Of a stretch of 48,922 bases of DNA, positions 27,061 through 39,311 are shown in pieces. The notes below the pieces were generated by a model, which worked only from the letters and a program-made list of their open reading frames with translations, did not search any database and was not told where the DNA came from. Position 1 is the first letter of the stretch. Each line of letters begins with the position of its first letter. Position numbers and translations under genes: made by a program. Where the stretch lies: assembly GCA_902478725.1 (NCBI GenBank), contig CABSMD010000001.1, forward strand, positions 1-48,922, read 5' to 3'. This DNA comes from an uncultured Clostridia bacterium (GTDB lineage Bacteria > Bacillota > Clostridia > HGM11514).

Positions 27061-27894
27061 ATGCTTGAAATTGCTGCAAATGAGTTGAAATATGCCACCG
27101 AGAATTTTTACAATATAACAGGCGTTATGATCGTGCTTTACGATAAATCCAGAACGCTTATCTACTCGTACCCGGAACAGATGTATGGTTTTTGCGACCA
27201 GATCAGGAAGGTTCCAAAGCTTGCCGGAAAATGCTTTGAATGTGATAACAGGGGCTTTGACATATGCGACAAAACCAAAAAGCCATACATTTACCAGTGT
27301 CATATGAATCTGCTGGAAGCCATTGCTCCCATTATTGAAAACGGTATCATCATAGGATACATGATGCTCGGCCAGCTGCTTGCAAAGGATGACATGGAGG
27401 CCGTAAAGGAAAAGGTATCGCTCATTTGTGACGAATACATGCTTGATGAGGAAAAGCTGTTATCCGAACTGAAAAAAATAAAGAAGATCGACAGCCGCTT
27501 TATCGATTCGGCTGTGAGTATCATGAGCATGTGCGCATGCTATCTTTACTACAACCGCATTATAAAAAACAAAAGCAGTATGCTGTCTTATGAAATAAGA
27601 ACCTACATCGAAACGCATTTGAGCGAAGAGTTGTCCATCCAACAGCTCTGCGACCGGTTTTTTGTGTCAAAAACCAAGCTCTACCACCTGTCTCAAAAAG
27701 ACTTCGGGATGGGAATATCCGACTACATTCGCCGGCTCCGCCTCGAAAAAGCAAAGCTGCTATTGCAAAAGGAGGACAAAAGCATCAGCAATATCGCGTT
27801 TTCAGTCGGCTTTAAGGATGCTAACTATTTCACGCGCATCTTTAAAAAATACGAAAACATGACGCCAAAGGCATACAAAGCCAGTATGCAGTAA
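27061..27894 (+). CDS. AraC-family regulator with an N-terminal PocR-type sensor domain
   Basis: Start at MLEIAANELKY. PocR-like Cys/His pattern (CDQI...CFECD...YQCHMNLLEAIAPI). C-terminal AraC double HTH (SISNIAFSVGFKDANYFTRIFKK). Confidence 0.85.
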   Translation: MLEIAANELKYATENFYNITGVMIVLYDKSRTLIYSYPEQMYGFCDQIRKVPKLAGKCFECDNRGFDICDKTKKPYIYQCHMNLLEAIAPIIENGIIIGYMMLGQLLAKDDMEAVKEKVSLICDEYMLDEEKLLSELKKIKKIDSRFIDSAVSIMSMCACYLYYNRIIKNKSSMLSYEIRTYIETHLSEELSIQQLCDRFFVSKTKLYHLSQKDFGMGISDYIRRLRLEKAKLLLQKEDKSISNIAFSVGFKDANYFTRIFKKYENMTPKAYKASMQ

Positions 27895-27942
27895 GCCAGA
27901 TGCAGATAACAGCAATAAAAAAGGATAGATTGGAGATTCGCT

Positions 27943-28755
27943 ATGATTGCCTACGAAGAAGGAAAAATCTGGACTGTTGCGCACAGAGGGGTTTCAGGCG
28001 CCGATATCCCATGCAACACAAAAGTAGCGTTTCAGATCGCCCTCAGCCAGGGCGCCGATATTCTGGAGCTGGACGTTGCGAAAAGCCTTGACGGGGAATT
28101 GTTTGTGTTCCATCCCGGTATGGAAAAACCACATCTCGGAATCGACACCTATTTAAAGGACATGCCCGCAAAGGAGATCAAAAAGCTCCGGTATTTGAAT
28201 CAGGACGATGTAACGACCCAATACGGCGTCGTGCCGCTCGATGAAATGTTTGCATTTTTAAAAGACAAAGCCTACATAAATGTCGATAAATACTGGATGT
28301 ACATGGAGGAGATCACGCACTGCATTCGCAGGTGCGGTGTGGAAGATCAGGTCATTGTTAAAATCGAAAACAGCCTCGAGCAGGTGGACATGCTGGAGAA
28401 AATCGCCCCAGACCTGGCGGTTATGCCGGTTCTCAGAGAAGATGAAAATTTTACAGACTATGCGCTTGACAAAAACATCCGCTATATCGGCGCGGAACTC
28501 CTGTTTGAAACGGACAATGATAAAATAGTTTCTGACGAATACATTGAAAAAATGCATAAAAACCGGCTTGTTGTATATGGTAACGCCATTGTATACAACT
28601 ACAAAGCCAATATCTCCGCCGGACATACCGACAACCTGGCTCTCTCCGGCAATCCGGATCAAGGCTGGGGCTGGTTTGCAGATAAAAAATTTGACATGAT
28701 CCAAACCGACTGGTGCCTCATGCTGAAAAAGTATCTCAAAACACGCTTTGCTTGA
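27943..28755 (+). CDS. Glycerophosphodiester phosphodiesterase (GDPD) family protein
   Basis: 270 aa. AHRG and ELD motifs near the N-terminus (VAHRGVSG...ADILELDV), typical of GDPD. Confidence 0.75.
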   Translation: MIAYEEGKIWTVAHRGVSGADIPCNTKVAFQIALSQGADILELDVAKSLDGELFVFHPGMEKPHLGIDTYLKDMPAKEIKKLRYLNQDDVTTQYGVVPLDEMFAFLKDKAYINVDKYWMYMEEITHCIRRCGVEDQVIVKIENSLEQVDMLEKIAPDLAVMPVLREDENFTDYALDKNIRYIGAELLFETDNDKIVSDEYIEKMHKNRLVVYGNAIVYNYKANISAGHTDNLALSGNPDQGWGWFADKKFDMIQTDWCLMLKKYLKTRFA

Positions 28756-28782
28756 TTCTGATACCCGAATTTTAACATAAGA

Positions 28783-28832
28783 AAAAGAGGCAAACACACG
28801 GAAAACAAAAACGTGTGTCTGCCTCTTTTTTT
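28783..28832. terminator. Bidirectional terminator between the convergent GDPD and secreted-protein genes
   Basis: AAAAAGAGGCAAACACACG / CGTGTGTCTGCCTCTTTTT long stem, with an A-run and a T-run on either side. Confidence 0.75.
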
Positions 28833-28879
28833 ATTTCATTTATTTGATTGATTCTACCCGGATGATTTCGCCTTTTGTT

Positions 28880-31711
28880 TTATTCCTGTGGTACGGTGAA
28901 GGCCTGGGACTGTGCATAGATGGTCTCGGTCTGCGTTTCACCGTCCTTCTGCACCACTACATAAGGACGCATGACATAGGTCTTGCCGGGGATCAGAGCC
29001 GCACCGAACACCCGCACGCCGTATTTCCCATTGGTTACCTCGTTCACCTCAAGCGGCAGGGAAAGGGTAGTATCGTCCTCAGCGTATATCTCAACGCCTT
29101 GTTTTACAATCGTATAGCCATAGCCTTCGTTCATGTTGGCGAACATCGTCGCGCAATACTGGCCGGTACCCTGCGGGTAGGTTCCCGCTATGGGCGCGCT
29201 GGTCTGGGCGAAGGATGGCTTCTCCTCCGTCTTTTCCACAAAGGTCACCGAAAGAGCTGTCGTATCCTGTATGTTTTTCAACTCCAGGGTATCATTTGTT
29301 ACGACAGCCGCCTGGTTGTTTACGGTTACCTCGCCGGTCTGCCAGCCCGCTTCCGGCTGGAACGTGATGGTTTTGTTGCTCGCAAACGGCACAGTTACCT
29401 TCCCACCGGTGACGATCTCCTGCCCATCCGCCACCACCTTGCCGCTGCCGGCAATGGTTACGGTAAGGTCCACGTTATTGGTACGGCGCAACGGCGAGAA
29501 GCTCAGGTCGTCATAAATGGAACCAATGGTTCCGGAATCGTCGTTATACAAACCGCGCGCACGGACATAATGCATGGCGCGGTAGACGTTGGTCGAGCTG
29601 CTGACCAGCACGCCGTCGAGATAGATTTCGGTGTTATTCACTGTTTTCGGGCTGGCCGGATTGGGATCGTCGTTATAGCCGATCAGGGTTACCTGATGCC
29701 ATCCCTTGGACCGGGGCATATTGGCCCGTCCGTCCTTTCCGTCAAGCAGGGCGGAGCCTGCAGAATAGTAATCCTTGGTGTCGTCGGTCACGCCCACGTC
29801 GACGCTGTAATCGGTCAGACCATCCGTTTTTCCAAGCCCATTTGTTGAAAACTGGATCTGCGCCTTGGCGTTTGTTTTCTCCCCGCTATCATAGAACCAG
29901 CCCTCCGCGATATAACTGGTAGAGGGATTGGCGTTATCGTTGTAACAATCGACATACACGCTCGTGGAATGCACCTTAACCGCGCCCGCGCCGGTGCGTA
30001 CGATTTTATCCTCAAAGGTACTCTTTTTGGCGGTAAAGCCCGAATTAGGATTGTTGAAATCCTTCCGAGCGCCGGACGCAGATGGCAACACACTGATTAG
30101 AATGGAGGCCTGTGCGCTGGAAGTGTCTGTATTTGTTAAAGTCGCGGTGATGATCGTCGTTCCAAGGCCTTTGATGGACAAAGCACCGGCTGCATCCACG
30201 CTTATAACAGCCTCATCACCGGAGGTATAGGTCAGGCGGGAATCACCGCTGATCTCATAGTCGCCGGCCGATGACCTTCCCCAAACAGTGAGGGCCGCGC
30301 CGGTCTCTCCATACACATAGGACGAAACCGATTTGCCCAAGGAAATGGAGGTGAAGGTCATATTTTCGATATCCGGCGCCACCTCCACCGGCCCGATGAC
30401 GTTGGACTCGATCAGATTGCTGTCATAAGGTTCGGCGGTAGATTTCGCCTGCACGGTTGCTTTTATGTATTTTCCGACGTCGCCTGCGGTCAGGGAATAG
30501 GTTTTTCCGGTCCCGACCGGCTCGCCCCAATCGCTCTGGTCGGCGCTCACGTACCACTTGATCTGGACGTTCGCGGCGTCCTCCGCATCGCCATTTTCAT
30601 CATGGTAGGAATACGAAGAAAGAGACAGCTCCTGGCCGGTATAGGCGTTGCCCGCGATCACGGCATTGCGGATCTGGGGCGCGGCAGCCTCTGTTTTTTG
30701 GATGTTGTATACCTTAAAATCATCCAGATAGATCGTCGTATCCGCCTTGCTGTTTTTCGGGGTACGATCGATTTCAACGCTCGAAAGCCCCTGGTTCCAG
30801 CCACTCAGGTCGCGTGTCGCCAGCACCTGGCCGTCGATGTAAAGGGTATACAGGTCATCCCTGGAATAGTCGATAATCAGCTGGTGCCAACCCTTGCTGC
30901 GGGGAAGATTCTTTTTGGCAAACGCCGGATTGGTACCATCCTCATGATAGCTATAGGTATTGTCGGCAGAATACAGCCGGATATATCCACGGATGGACTG
31001 GGTGGACAGACCGTTGGCCATATTGCCCATGATCCAGAAATGGACGTACTTTTTCGACTCCTCCATCCCGTCATAGAACCACATCTCCGCCACACCGCGG
31101 AAGGAGGCGGCGTTGGCGCCGTTGGTAAACGGCCAGGGGTTCATACGAAGCCATTTTCCATCCCCGAGCTTCTCGGCAGCGGTTGCGTCCGCCGCCGCGG
31201 CCTCTTTGTTTGTATTTGGGTCTATCTGGCGCAGAAAAAGGGACTGGCCTGTTCCCGTGCGGGTCAGATTGTTTTGCGCGTAGACGGGCTCGTCATAGGT
31301 GTATGGCCCGCCGCCCTGTGGGCAGGAATAATTATAGGTCTCGGCTGTGTCAAAGTTTTTCTGCGCCTTGATTTCCTTATAAACCACCAAGTTTATGTTT
31401 TTGCTCAAGCTGCCATAGGCTGCGGTGATGACCACCATACCCTCGCTCCTGGCGGTTACAGCGCCACTTGCCGCGTCAATCTGCACGACGGAAGGGTCGC
31501 TGCTTGTAAACGACACCCCCTCGGTCAGCCTGGTTTTCGCACCGGACGCATCCACTCCATAGACTTCTACTGTGCTGGTCGCGTTTAGGGCATAGCTTGT
31601 CTGGTTATTTGACAAATCAAGCGCGGTATAGTCCGCCGCGAACGCGGGAAACGCAAAGCTTGACAGCGCAAACACCAGCACAACAGCCAGCAGCAATGCT
31701 TTGTTCCTCAT
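28880..31711 (-). CDS. Secreted 943-aa protein with Big_2 Ig-like domains and two LamG/concanavalin-like modules
   Basis: I place the start at MRNKALLLAVVLVFALSSFAFPAFA, using the frame of the ORF track. My hand index of the ATG differs by 1 nt. Two Big_2-like segments, and two jelly-roll modules sharing the motif PRSKGWHQ. Confidence 0.7.
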   Translation of the reverse strand: MRNKALLLAVVLVFALSSFAFPAFAADYTALDLSNNQTSYALNATSTVEVYGVDASGAKTRLTEGVSFTSSDPSVVQIDAASGAVTARSEGMVVITAAYGSLSKNINLVVYKEIKAQKNFDTAETYNYSCPQGGGPYTYDEPVYAQNNLTRTGTGQSLFLRQIDPNTNKEAAAADATAAEKLGDGKWLRMNPWPFTNGANAASFRGVAEMWFYDGMEESKKYVHFWIMGNMANGLSTQSIRGYIRLYSADNTYSYHEDGTNPAFAKKNLPRSKGWHQLIIDYSRDDLYTLYIDGQVLATRDLSGWNQGLSSVEIDRTPKNSKADTTIYLDDFKVYNIQKTEAAAPQIRNAVIAGNAYTGQELSLSSYSYHDENGDAEDAANVQIKWYVSADQSDWGEPVGTGKTYSLTAGDVGKYIKATVQAKSTAEPYDSNLIESNVIGPVEVAPDIENMTFTSISLGKSVSSYVYGETGAALTVWGRSSAGDYEISGDSRLTYTSGDEAVISVDAAGALSIKGLGTTIITATLTNTDTSSAQASILISVLPSASGARKDFNNPNSGFTAKKSTFEDKIVRTGAGAVKVHSTSVYVDCYNDNANPSTSYIAEGWFYDSGEKTNAKAQIQFSTNGLGKTDGLTDYSVDVGVTDDTKDYYSAGSALLDGKDGRANMPRSKGWHQVTLIGYNDDPNPASPKTVNNTEIYLDGVLVSSSTNVYRAMHYVRARGLYNDDSGTIGSIYDDLSFSPLRRTNNVDLTVTIAGSGKVVADGQEIVTGGKVTVPFASNKTITFQPEAGWQTGEVTVNNQAAVVTNDTLELKNIQDTTALSVTFVEKTEEKPSFAQTSAPIAGTYPQGTGQYCATMFANMNEGYGYTIVKQGVEIYAEDDTTLSLPLEVNEVTNGKYGVRVFGAALIPGKTYVMRPYVVVQKDGETQTETIYAQSQAFTVPQE

Positions 31712-31792
31712 AAAATATCTCTCCTTTTTATGTAGTGTACTCTCTTCATTCCTTTCCATTATATCTTTTTTTGCTTCGACCGTCAACGAATT

Positions 31793-31847
31793 AAAAAACA
31801 TGCTTTGTTTTTTGTATGTAATATACAAGTAACAAAGCATGTTTTTT
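31793..31847 (-). terminator. gyrA terminator (long nested hairpin)
   Basis: 17-bp outer stem AAAAAACATGCTTTGTT/AACAAAGCATGTTTTTT enclosing an inner TTGTAT/ATACAA stem, 17 nt after the gyrA stop. Confidence 0.75.
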
Positions 31848-31863
31848 ATGAATCGGACAGTAT

Positions 31864-34356
31864 TTATTCCTGCGGTTCGCTCTCCGGCGCGCTGTTTTCC
31901 ATTCCCTCTGACACCTCCGTGCCGGGTTCCTCCTCTTCCTCCTGCTCGGTACGCGCCATCGAAACCACCTTGACCCCGTCATCCAGCCGCATGAGCCGCA
32001 CACCCTGGGTCGCACGCTTATATTTACTGATGTCGCTGGCCGCCATGCGGATGATGGTTCCCTCGTCAGTAATGAGCATGATATCATCCAGATCGGTCAC
32101 GGCACGGATTCCTACCAGCGCGCCGGTTTTATCGGTGATCTTATAGGTCGATATGCCAAAGCCGCCGCGGGTCTGGACGCGGTATTCGGAAAAATCAGTC
32201 CGCTTGCCGTAGCCGTTTTCGGTTACGGCCAACAGGTCGCTGTCCTCCCGGATGGTGGACATGCCGATGACATAATCGCCCCCGCGCAGGTGGATGCCGC
32301 GCACACCATGCGCGGTTCTGCCCATCGGGCGGACGTCGGTTTCCTCAAACCGGATCGCCATACCCTGCTGGGTACCGATCACAATCTCATTGTTTCCATC
32401 GGTCAGCTTCACCCGGATCAGCTCGTCCGTCTCATCCAGCGTGATAGCATTTAAGCCGCCTTTTCGCATCGATCCATACTGCACCAACGGCGTCTTTTTG
32501 ATAATGCCGCACCGGGTCGCCATTAAGAGGTATTTCCCGTCCTCAAAATCCGAAACAGGAATCATCGCGGTGATCTTCTCCTCCGACTCCACAGGAAGCA
32601 GGTTGACGATCGCGGTTCCCTTGGCGTGCCGCCCGGATTCTGGTATTTCATAGCCTTTGAGATGGTACATCCTTCCCTTATTGGTAAAGAAAAGGATGTG
32701 GTCATGGGTAGAGGCGACAAACAGGGTTTCGACAAAGTCCTCCTCCCGCGTGCTCAGGCCCATGATCCCCTTGCCGCCGCGCTTTTGGCTGCGGTAGGTA
32801 TCGGTCGGCTGGCGCTTGATATAGCCAAAGTGGGTGAGGGTAATGACGGTTTCCTCTTCCTCGATCAGGTCCTCAAGATCGATGTCATCCACCGCCGGCA
32901 CCAATTCGGTACGGCGTTCATCCCCGAACTTGTCCCGTACTTCAATCAGCTCATCCTTGATGATGCTGCACAGCAGCTCTTCATCCGACAATATCTGCTT
33001 ATAATAAGCCACATTTTTCATCAGCTCGTTGTATTCATCCTCAATCTTTTCGCGCTCGATCCCCGCCAGGCGTGCCAGACGCATGTCCAAAATCGCCTGC
33101 GCCTGCAGGTCGCTCAAGCCGATCTGTTCCATGAGGTTCTCTTTCGCATTGTCATAGCTGCTGCGGATGATGTTAATGACGCGGTCGATATCGTCCAGCG
33201 CGATGCGGAAGCCCTCTAAGATATGAATACGGGCCAGCGCCTTATCCAGATCGTACTGGGTGCGCCTGGTGACGACCTCCTCCTGGAATTTCAGGTATTC
33301 CTCCAGCATCTGCTTCAGGCTCAATACCTTGGGCTTTTGATCCACGATCGCCAGCATATTGATGCTGAACGTTTCCTGCAGCTGGGTATATTTATAAAGC
33401 TGGTTTAAGACCACGCTTGCGTTGGCGTCCCGCTTCAGCTCGATGACGACCCGCATACCGTCGCGGTCGGACTCGTCGCGCAGGTCGGAGATACCTTCCA
33501 CACGCTTGTCCCGCACAAGCTCGGCCATTTTTTCGATCAGCCGCGCTTTATTGACCTGGTAGGGGATCTCGGTCACAACAATGCGCTGGCGTGTCTCGGT
33601 CATCTGCTCAATCTCCGCACGGGCGCGCATGGTGATTTTGCCCCGCCCAGTCTCATATGCCGCACGGATACCGCGCGTACCCAGAATCAGGCCGTAAGTC
33701 GGGAAGTCCGGCCCTTTGATATGCGCCATCAGCCCGTCGGTGGTGATGTCGGGGTTATCGATCAGCGCAACGGTGCCGTTGATAAGCTCGGTCAGGTTAT
33801 GCGGCGGGATATTGGTCGCCATGCCTACCGCGATACCGGACGAACCGTTCGCCAGCAGGTTGGGGAAGCGGGAGGGGAGCACGGTCGGCTCCTTTTTGCT
33901 CTCGTCGTAGTTCGGCATGAAATCCACGGTATTCTTTTCGATGTCCCGCAGCATTTCCATTGAAATTTTAGACATACGGGATTCGGTATACCGGTATGCA
34001 GCGGGCGGGTCACCGTCCACCGAACCGAAATTGCCCTGCCCATCTACCAACGGGTAGCGCATAGAAAAATCCTGTGCCAGACGCACCAGCGCGTCGTACA
34101 CCGACGCGTCGCCGTGCGGATGGTAGCTGCCGAGCACGTCGCCGACGGTGGTGGCACACTTTTTATATGCCTTCTCCGCTGTAATGCCGTCCTCGTACAT
34201 GGTATATAAAATCCGCTTATGTACGGGCTTGAGCCCGTCTCTCACATCGGGCAGCGCACGGCCGATGATGACGCTCATGGCATAGTCGATGTAGGAGGTC
34301 TTCATCTCTTTCTCGATCCCGACGTTTATGACGTTTTGTCTTTCCTGTTCATCCAT
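31864..34356 (-). CDS. gyrA: DNA gyrase subunit A
   Basis: 830 aa. Motifs [27 protein letters not shown] and GKYHPHGD-type ([20 protein letters not shown]). Confidence 0.97.
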   Translation of the reverse strand: MDEQERQNVINVGIEKEMKTSYIDYAMSVIIGRALPDVRDGLKPVHKRILYTMYEDGITAEKAYKKCATTVGDVLGSYHPHGDASVYDALVRLAQDFSMRYPLVDGQGNFGSVDGDPPAAYRYTESRMSKISMEMLRDIEKNTVDFMPNYDESKKEPTVLPSRFPNLLANGSSGIAVGMATNIPPHNLTELINGTVALIDNPDITTDGLMAHIKGPDFPTYGLILGTRGIRAAYETGRGKITMRARAEIEQMTETRQRIVVTEIPYQVNKARLIEKMAELVRDKRVEGISDLRDESDRDGMRVVIELKRDANASVVLNQLYKYTQLQETFSINMLAIVDQKPKVLSLKQMLEEYLKFQEEVVTRRTQYDLDKALARIHILEGFRIALDDIDRVINIIRSSYDNAKENLMEQIGLSDLQAQAILDMRLARLAGIEREKIEDEYNELMKNVAYYKQILSDEELLCSIIKDELIEVRDKFGDERRTELVPAVDDIDLEDLIEEEETVITLTHFGYIKRQPTDTYRSQKRGGKGIMGLSTREEDFVETLFVASTHDHILFFTNKGRMYHLKGYEIPESGRHAKGTAIVNLLPVESEEKITAMIPVSDFEDGKYLLMATRCGIIKKTPLVQYGSMRKGGLNAITLDETDELIRVKLTDGNNEIVIGTQQGMAIRFEETDVRPMGRTAHGVRGIHLRGGDYVIGMSTIREDSDLLAVTENGYGKRTDFSEYRVQTRGGFGISTYKITDKTGALVGIRAVTDLDDIMLITDEGTIIRMAASDISKYKRATQGVRLMRLDDGVKVVSMARTEQEEEEEPGTEVSEGMENSAPESEPQE

Positions 34357-34408
34357 ACTTTATCATGCTCCGTTCTGCTGTATTCTTTTCTATACGGGCC
34401 TATTTTCA

Positions 34409-36617
<2,209 letters not shown>

Positions 36618-36637
36618 ATATTTAAATTCCTTTCGGT

Positions 36638-37744
36638 TTAGTCTGTTCTGACGACCGAGCCGTCTTCTACGCAGAAAAAGCGTTTATGTTCCCCGGGTGT
36701 GAACACATGCGCGTCGGTACAGGTGATGAGCACCTGATGACGCTGGATCTGCCCCAGCAGGTATTCCTGCCGCTGGCGGTCAAGCTCGGACAGGATATCG
36801 TCCAGCAGCAGCACCGGGTATTCCCCCACAGCCTGTCTGACAAGCTCGACCTGAGCCATCTTCATGGTGAGCACCACGGTCCTTTGCTGCCCCTGCGAGG
36901 CATAGCTTTTGACATCTGTGCCGTTGATATAGAAATCGATATCATCCCGGTGCGGACCGCACAGGCTCATGCCGGACGCTCGTTCGCGCGCCGCGTGCCT
37001 GGTGAGCGCCTCCCAAAAAGCCTCCCGAATGGCCGATTCGCTCTCTAAATCCGCCTCCACCGAAGGATGATAGCGCAGAAGAAGATCTTCGGATTGTTTT
37101 GTAATCTCGCTATGTACCGCCCCCGCAAGCTCGTTTAAACGCCGCACAAACGCCGCACGGTACAGCATGATCCGCGCGCCGGTCTCGCACAGCTTCTGGT
37201 TCCAGACCGACAGCATTTCCTCATTCTGCGGGTCGGAAAACAGCTCCTTTAACAGCCTGTTTTTGTTCTCCAATATTTTATGGTATTGCATCAGCACCGT
37301 AAAATAGTTGGGTTTTAGGGGGCTGATGGCATTGTCTAAAAATTTACGCCGTTCCGACGGGCCGCCTTTGATGAGGTACAAATCCTCCGGACAAAACAGC
37401 ACGGTATTGAAATACCCGATCATCCGCCCCAGACGGTTCAGCGCCACCCCGTTTAGGCGCACCTTTTTGCGGCGGTCATGGAACAATTCCAGCTCCGCCC
37501 GGTTTTCCCTCTCATACGCATCAAAAAACAGGGTCAGTCTGGCATGTTCCTGCCCAAAGGAAATCATCTCCCGATCGCGCGACTGACGAAGGGATTTGGC
37601 GTTGGAAAACAGGTAGACGGCTTCCAACAGGTTGGTCTTGCCCTGCGCGTTGTTGCCATAGACCACGTTGACGCCGTCGCAGAAGGTGATCTCCTGCTCC
37701 TGGTAGTTACGGAAATTCTGCAACCGAATCTGCGAAATCTTCAT
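36638..37744 (-). CDS. recF: DNA replication and repair protein RecF
   Basis: 368 aa. N-terminus MKISQIRLQNFRNY, Walker A GNNAQGKTN, and signature SQGQQR. Confidence 0.95.
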   Translation of the reverse strand: MKISQIRLQNFRNYQEQEITFCDGVNVVYGNNAQGKTNLLEAVYLFSNAKSLRQSRDREMISFGQEHARLTLFFDAYERENRAELELFHDRRKKVRLNGVALNRLGRMIGYFNTVLFCPEDLYLIKGGPSERRKFLDNAISPLKPNYFTVLMQYHKILENKNRLLKELFSDPQNEEMLSVWNQKLCETGARIMLYRAAFVRRLNELAGAVHSEITKQSEDLLLRYHPSVEADLESESAIREAFWEALTRHAARERASGMSLCGPHRDDIDFYINGTDVKSYASQGQQRTVVLTMKMAQVELVRQAVGEYPVLLLDDILSELDRQRQEYLLGQIQRHQVLITCTDAHVFTPGEHKRFFCVEDGSVVRTD

Positions 37745-37746
37745 CG

Positions 37747-37980
37747 TTATTGCTCCCTGCGCACCGTGAGCTCCAATGGCTCATCCGCAAACCGGATGGT
37801 GACAACGTCCCCCGCCACGACCTGTTTGCCACGCTGCGTCTCCACCGCGCCGTTTAACAACACGATCCCGTCCTGGATCATCGCTTTGGCAAGTCCGCCG
37901 TTCTCCGCTGCACCACTCATTTTCAACAGCTGCCCCAGCCGGATCACATCGGTCTGTATCCAGACCTCCTCGCGCTTCAT
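37747..37980 (-). CDS. yaaA: S4-domain RNA-binding protein (YaaA/RlbA-like)
   Basis: 77 aa, starting at MKREEVWIQTD. ATGA overlap with the dnaN stop. Its position between dnaN and recF matches Bacillus. Confidence 0.8.
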   Translation of the reverse strand: MKREEVWIQTDVIRLGQLLKMSGAAENGGLAKAMIQDGIVLLNGAVETQRGKQVVAGDVVTIRFADEPLELTVRREQ

Positions 37981-39080
37981 CAGCTCTTCATCCGAACCGG
38001 CAGCACAAGGTAGAGGAAGCTGTCGCCGGTTTCCGGACGGATGATGCAGGGGCTTAAGGGGGTATTGAGCTCCATTTTTACCTTTTCGCAATCGCACACC
38101 TTGAGCGCGTCTAACAGGTAACGATAGTTAAAGCCGATCTCCAGATCATCCCCCTCGGTCACGACGGGAACGCTGTCGAACATCTTACCCATCTTGGACA
38201 CGCAGCTGACGTTGACCAGATCGGTTTTGATGGTGAGCTTGACTGGATATTTGGTGCTTTCGTTTTCAATCATAAGGGCAGCACGCTCGATCGTCTCGGC
38301 AATCGGGCGGGTCTCAGCCAGCACATTGAGCTTGCTCTGCTTGGGTAGAATCTGCTGGTAATCCAAAAACTCCCCTTCCAGCAGACGGCTGATCACACGG
38401 TAGCTGCCGATGTCAAACTGCACCTTGTTTTCCGCGATACCGATCGTGGTCTGCGCCTCGTCCTCTTTCAATATTTTTAACACCTCATTGAGGGCCTTGG
38501 CCGGAACCACAAAGGACATATCCTCACTCTCCACCGCTTCGCGGCGCAGGGCAAGGCGGAACCCGTCCACCGATACGACCGACAATACGCCGTTTTGGAT
38601 TTCAAACAGCGATCCGGTTAAAATCACCTTATTTTCGTCGGTACCGACAGCGAATAAGGTCTGCTTGATCATATTCTTTAAAACCTCGTCCGGGATGGTG
38701 AACTGACGGGTCTGGTTGACAGCCGCGATTTCCGGGAACTCATGGGCAGGAATGCCGGTTAAGGTAAATTCGGCGTTGCCGCACTTGATCTGGATATTGC
38801 ACTCCTCATCCGCTTGCAGGTACAGGGTCTCGTCCGCCATCTTTCTTATAATATCCCCAAAAAAACGGGCGTTTATAACTATACTTCCAGGTTCTTCCAC
38901 TATAGCGCTGATCTCACTTTCGATTGCGAGATCCAGGTCATTTCCGGAAAGATGAAGAACACCACCTGCGGCATCTAACAGGATTCCTTCCAGCACCGGC
39001 ACGTTGCTGCGGGTACTGACGGCCTTTTGTACGGTAGCTACCGCTTCATTAAGCGTACTTCGGTCGCATGAAAATTTCAT
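37980..39080 (-). CDS. dnaN: DNA polymerase III beta sliding clamp
   Basis: 366 aa. Begins MKFSCDRSTLNEAV and ends in LVLPVRM, downstream of dnaA. Confidence 0.95.
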   Translation of the reverse strand: MKFSCDRSTLNEAVATVQKAVSTRSNVPVLEGILLDAAGGVLHLSGNDLDLAIESEISAIVEEPGSIVINARFFGDIIRKMADETLYLQADEECNIQIKCGNAEFTLTGIPAHEFPEIAAVNQTRQFTIPDEVLKNMIKQTLFAVGTDENKVILTGSLFEIQNGVLSVVSVDGFRLALRREAVESEDMSFVVPAKALNEVLKILKEDEAQTTIGIAENKVQFDIGSYRVISRLLEGEFLDYQQILPKQSKLNVLAETRPIAETIERAALMIENESTKYPVKLTIKTDLVNVSCVSKMGKMFDSVPVVTEGDDLEIGFNYRYLLDALKVCDCEKVKMELNTPLSPCIIRPETGDSFLYLVLPVRMKS

Positions 39081-39097
39081 TGGTACAACTCCTTTGC

Positions 39098-39311
39098 GAT
39101 ATAATATCTTTTATAGATTTTATCCGTCATAGTCATAGGTGCTGTGTAATGTGTTAAAAAGTGTGCTGCTGCCTTCCGCGCGTAAGCGGGAGGGATGGGG
39201 AAAGGGATGTTGACGGATGGGGAGAAAAATAGGGTGTAACAGTTCCCTTTTTGTTTATACACAGGTTATCCATCCACAGTTGTGGAAAAGGCTGTGTATA
39301 ACTTATCCGCT
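39098..39311. other. oriC segment: DnaA-box cluster plus an AT-rich stretch in the dnaA-dnaN spacer
   Basis: One-mismatch DnaA boxes at 39255-39263 (TTATACACA), 39281-39289 (reverse complement TTTTCCACA) and 39293-39301 (reverse complement TTATACACA). Two-mismatch boxes at 39266-39274, 39270-39278 and 39303-39311. AT-rich run at 39098-39125. Confidence 0.6.

Noticed and set aside
28844-31588. Plus-strand ORFs of 334 aa and 328 aa opposite the 943-aa secreted protein gene. The same applies to 10973-11716, 12240-13061 and 42000-42761, which lie opposite dnaI-like, dnaD-like and yidC/jag
   Set aside because: These are shadow ORFs antisense to genes with strong family signatures. They have no independent start signals.
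39077-39262. 61-aa minus-strand ORF in the dnaA-dnaN spacer
   Set aside because: It lies across the AT-rich and G-rich origin elements, has no RBS, and has an odd composition. It is more likely non-coding origin DNA.
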